From positions 85,996,001 through 86,060,000 of the forward strand of contig NC_086108.1 in the NCBI RefSeq assembly GCF_963921235.1: a DNA stretch of 64,000 nt, given 5' to 3'. The notes below the pieces were generated by a model. That model was not told where the DNA came from. It was given only the letters and a program-made list of their open reading frames with translations, and made no database searches. A program made the translations under genes and the position numbers. Each line of letters starts with the position of its first letter. Position 1 is the stretch's first letter. The DNA is from Mobula hypostoma. Its lineage: Eukaryota. Shown piece after piece: positions 61,187-64,000 of this stretch.

Positions 61187-63849
61187 CTTATTTCATTTGA
61201 TTTAACATGAGCAATTTACTATTTTAGCTTGCATTTTATTGTTTATTGTTATTTATTTTAGTTACTTTTCTTACAAAGTCTTCACTGTTCTACATCTACC
61301 CTAGTCAGGATTCATACGAGCCAATTGTGTTCACGGTCATAATCCTCAAGCCATTCAATCAATAGTACATAAATAAAATCTCTGTGCATCATTACAGAGA
61401 TCAGGGCAAATTATTGTCATATTCTTATTTAATTCAGTGCTAAAATTGCTTTTTAATTGTAATGAGAAAAAAACCAATACAGGCGAAATCAGCTAGCAGT
61501 ACACTAAGGGTTAAAATACAAGGAATATATCACTTTATATTGCATCCTGCTCTGTAACCTACACTGCACCGCCTATCCATGCTGAGTTTCCTCAACAAGA
61601 TATATATTAGGAACTATTTAATCAAATTTGTGTAGAAATGTACTGTTTTCTTGTTTTATTCTGTGTAATGTTTCTCTTTCCTTCTTGATCCCTTTGTGAA
61701 AATGATGGGTCCACATACTAGCCAGGTAATGGACTGGTGCTTGGGAGCTAGATGCTTTGGTGATTTATTCTCCCCAGTCTTACATTAGCTCATTGTCTCA
61801 AGGAGAACGTTGAAAAGAAGTAGAAAAAGGGACCAATTTGTATCCCGTTTTCCTCTACTTTCCATTCTCTGAAGATTTAAGATCATTTGTTTAACCTGAA
61901 TTGTGTTTTGCTGGAGGGTCCGTGGAGCAAAATGGAATTTCCCACCTCTTGTGTGGTGCAAAGAAATCTGATTTTCCTTTGTCCAGAATTAGAATATTAG
62001 AAGCAATTAGCTATGTAAAGAGATAGATTTAACCTTTAAACATCTGGAACTACCTTCACCTGTGAATTATCTCTGAATGCACCTGACCTTTCTGAGATAC
62101 TGTATTTCATACAATGAGAACATTTTCCATTTACTGCAGCCTGACTAGCAGATTAGCTATTTGCTTTAAAGTAGTTGAAAGCAGCTCTGGAAAGGAAGAT
62201 TATTTATCCCAGAACTTAAATTGGTCCTAAATATAGTTACTAATACTTTCATCTTACCATAATTACTTAGTTGTAATCACTTCAGTGCTATACTTTGATA
62301 GCAGTTAAAAAAACTCCTGGAATTTCATCCAACCCTGATAGTGCATAACATGTTGTATAGTATCATCAACATGTGGCAGCCCTTGTTCAACATTCTTCCT
62401 ATTGAAGTCAACAAGGGTAAAGTTATAGGCAATCTTGTTTCCATAAATTGCTGCTTCTGTTACATCATGTCCGCCATTGAACCAGTCCTTGGGATAACAC
62501 TGGCAACACCTTGTGACTGAGCATCAGTTCTCTCCAATAATCATCCTCATATGAAATGGCAGCTCTAATAATTTCCCTGCTAATACAAACCCAAGTTTTA
62601 CATGCTCCAAATAAATTGTAACTTTGAGAATTAGTGTTGGAGCTTCTCTGGGAGCCTGTAACCATAATCTTCAGTTTGGTTCTGCAGCATCTCAAGGGCT
62701 TATTCTGTAGATAATTTCAAACTGACAGTTAAAATAAAGGTTTTGCCTCTATAGATTATACATTTCAGCTTTAAAATGTACATATGTTGCATAACGCCTT
62801 ATAAGCAGTGAGATTAGTTTTGGTCTGAAATTTGAAATGTCTGCATTTCAATCATTTCAAACCAAGTGGGGCCCTTCTGAATCATTAATATTGTCTTATG
62901 ACAGCTGCCTTCAGGAACACTCACAATTAGTGAGTCATGTCAGTAAAAACTATGCAGCAAAAATACCCACGGCTAAGATGTTGGCAGTAGATGAGTAGAC
63001 GCTATACATTAGAGAAATGTTGTGAGCCAGTCAGAAGATGATTGCTGTGAAGCAGATGAACAAGAACATAATGTTAAATAAAAGAAAGGAAATAAGAAAA
63101 GGTTGAATGATGAGATAATATTATATTATGCTGTTATGATGAACATTAGAAATAATGAAAGAACTAATAAAATATTGATTCTATTAGGTAAGAAAATAAC
63201 TTAATACAAGTGGAAAAGGGCAAGTGATGTTACTGATACAGCCTACATAAAGAAGATATTTCTTTCATGGATGTGAACAGTGAATACATCAGGCTGAACC
63301 TAGCACCATCTTTTTCCATTTCTTTCCTACTTTTCACAACATGGATCCACCTTCATTGCACTAGTGTATAAATTATCAGTTTCTATTGTGTCTGGTGACC
63401 ATATCCAGCATATATTTACAGCCTGAACTTCTTTGTCCCTTTTTGCCTTCTAAACTTTCTCATGGATCCGCTAATCATGCATCTCAACAGAATCACTTTT
63501 CCACTTCCTTCATACTGATCGTGCATCGCCAGGTATTTTCAATGTTCTTGGGTCTGGTAAATCTCCTGTCTTTTTGCCCTGTGCTCACCTATCATTCCAA
63601 TTTTCAAGGTGATTTACACAGACTTCTCCAACCTAGTATACTCCGTTCCATGGCCCCCGTCCTACTGCCGCCTGTGTTCCAGAACTTACCGTGTTTACTT
63701 ATTTTATCTTACCTGCTTATTCTTTATTTTCTAACCTAGTTTTACCAAACAACTCCTCTTCTGGACCCCTTGTTCCTCTCTTTTACAAACGCTGACTTTA
63801 TCAATGTCTCACCTTAACCAAATTTCTTTATTTCTGATCTCACCTTCAT

Positions 63850-64000
63850 AGAATTATGGAAACGTACAGCACAGAAACAGGTCCTATAACCCAGGTCCTG
63901 CAGTCTCAGCAATATCCTTGTAAATTTTATCTGTACCCTTCAACTTTATTTACATCTTTCCTGCAGGTAGGTGACTAAAACTGCACACAATACTACACAT
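63850..64000 (-). mobile_element. CR1 3' end fragment (continues past the window)
   Basis: 'tacagcacagaaacagg' tail and antisense YCVQF.SP motif. Confidence 0.7.

Noticed and set aside
62305..62695. Overlapping open frames on the minus strand (EIIRAAISYEDDYW..., CYPKDWFNGGHDV...)
   Set aside because: No convincing splice donor or known domain; consistent with chance.

Overview
This is eukaryotic, transposon-dense genomic DNA, not prokaryotic. The repeat repertoire (many CR1 LINEs, V/CORE/Deu-type SINEs, Rex1/Babar, RTE, Penelope-like tails) suggests a cartilaginous fish, probably a ray (inference). No host protein-coding gene could be supported, so the window looks intronic or intergenic. 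Main contents: two decayed copies of one Gypsy family (1-4550, 50160-52586); a near full-length CR1 (about 11840-22535) interrupted by a complete Tf1/sushi-type chromovirus (12612-18620, paired 391-bp LTRs, TSD GAGAT, self-priming PBS), itself hit by a solo LTR exactly at the RT YLDD motif; an internally deleted PNMA-gag Gypsy (26314-30900); two young 5'-truncated CR1s (45833-48880, 55271-57109); and an internally deleted hAT transposon with a nested MITE (52588-54855). The most interesting signal is a family of ~100-bp Penelope-like mini-retroposons carrying a minimal hammerhead-ribozyme motif. One copy has a clean 13-bp TSD (35749-35848) and one is a palindrome (38186-38410). Boundaries not defined by TSDs are approximate, and all family assignments come from motif recognition by eye.
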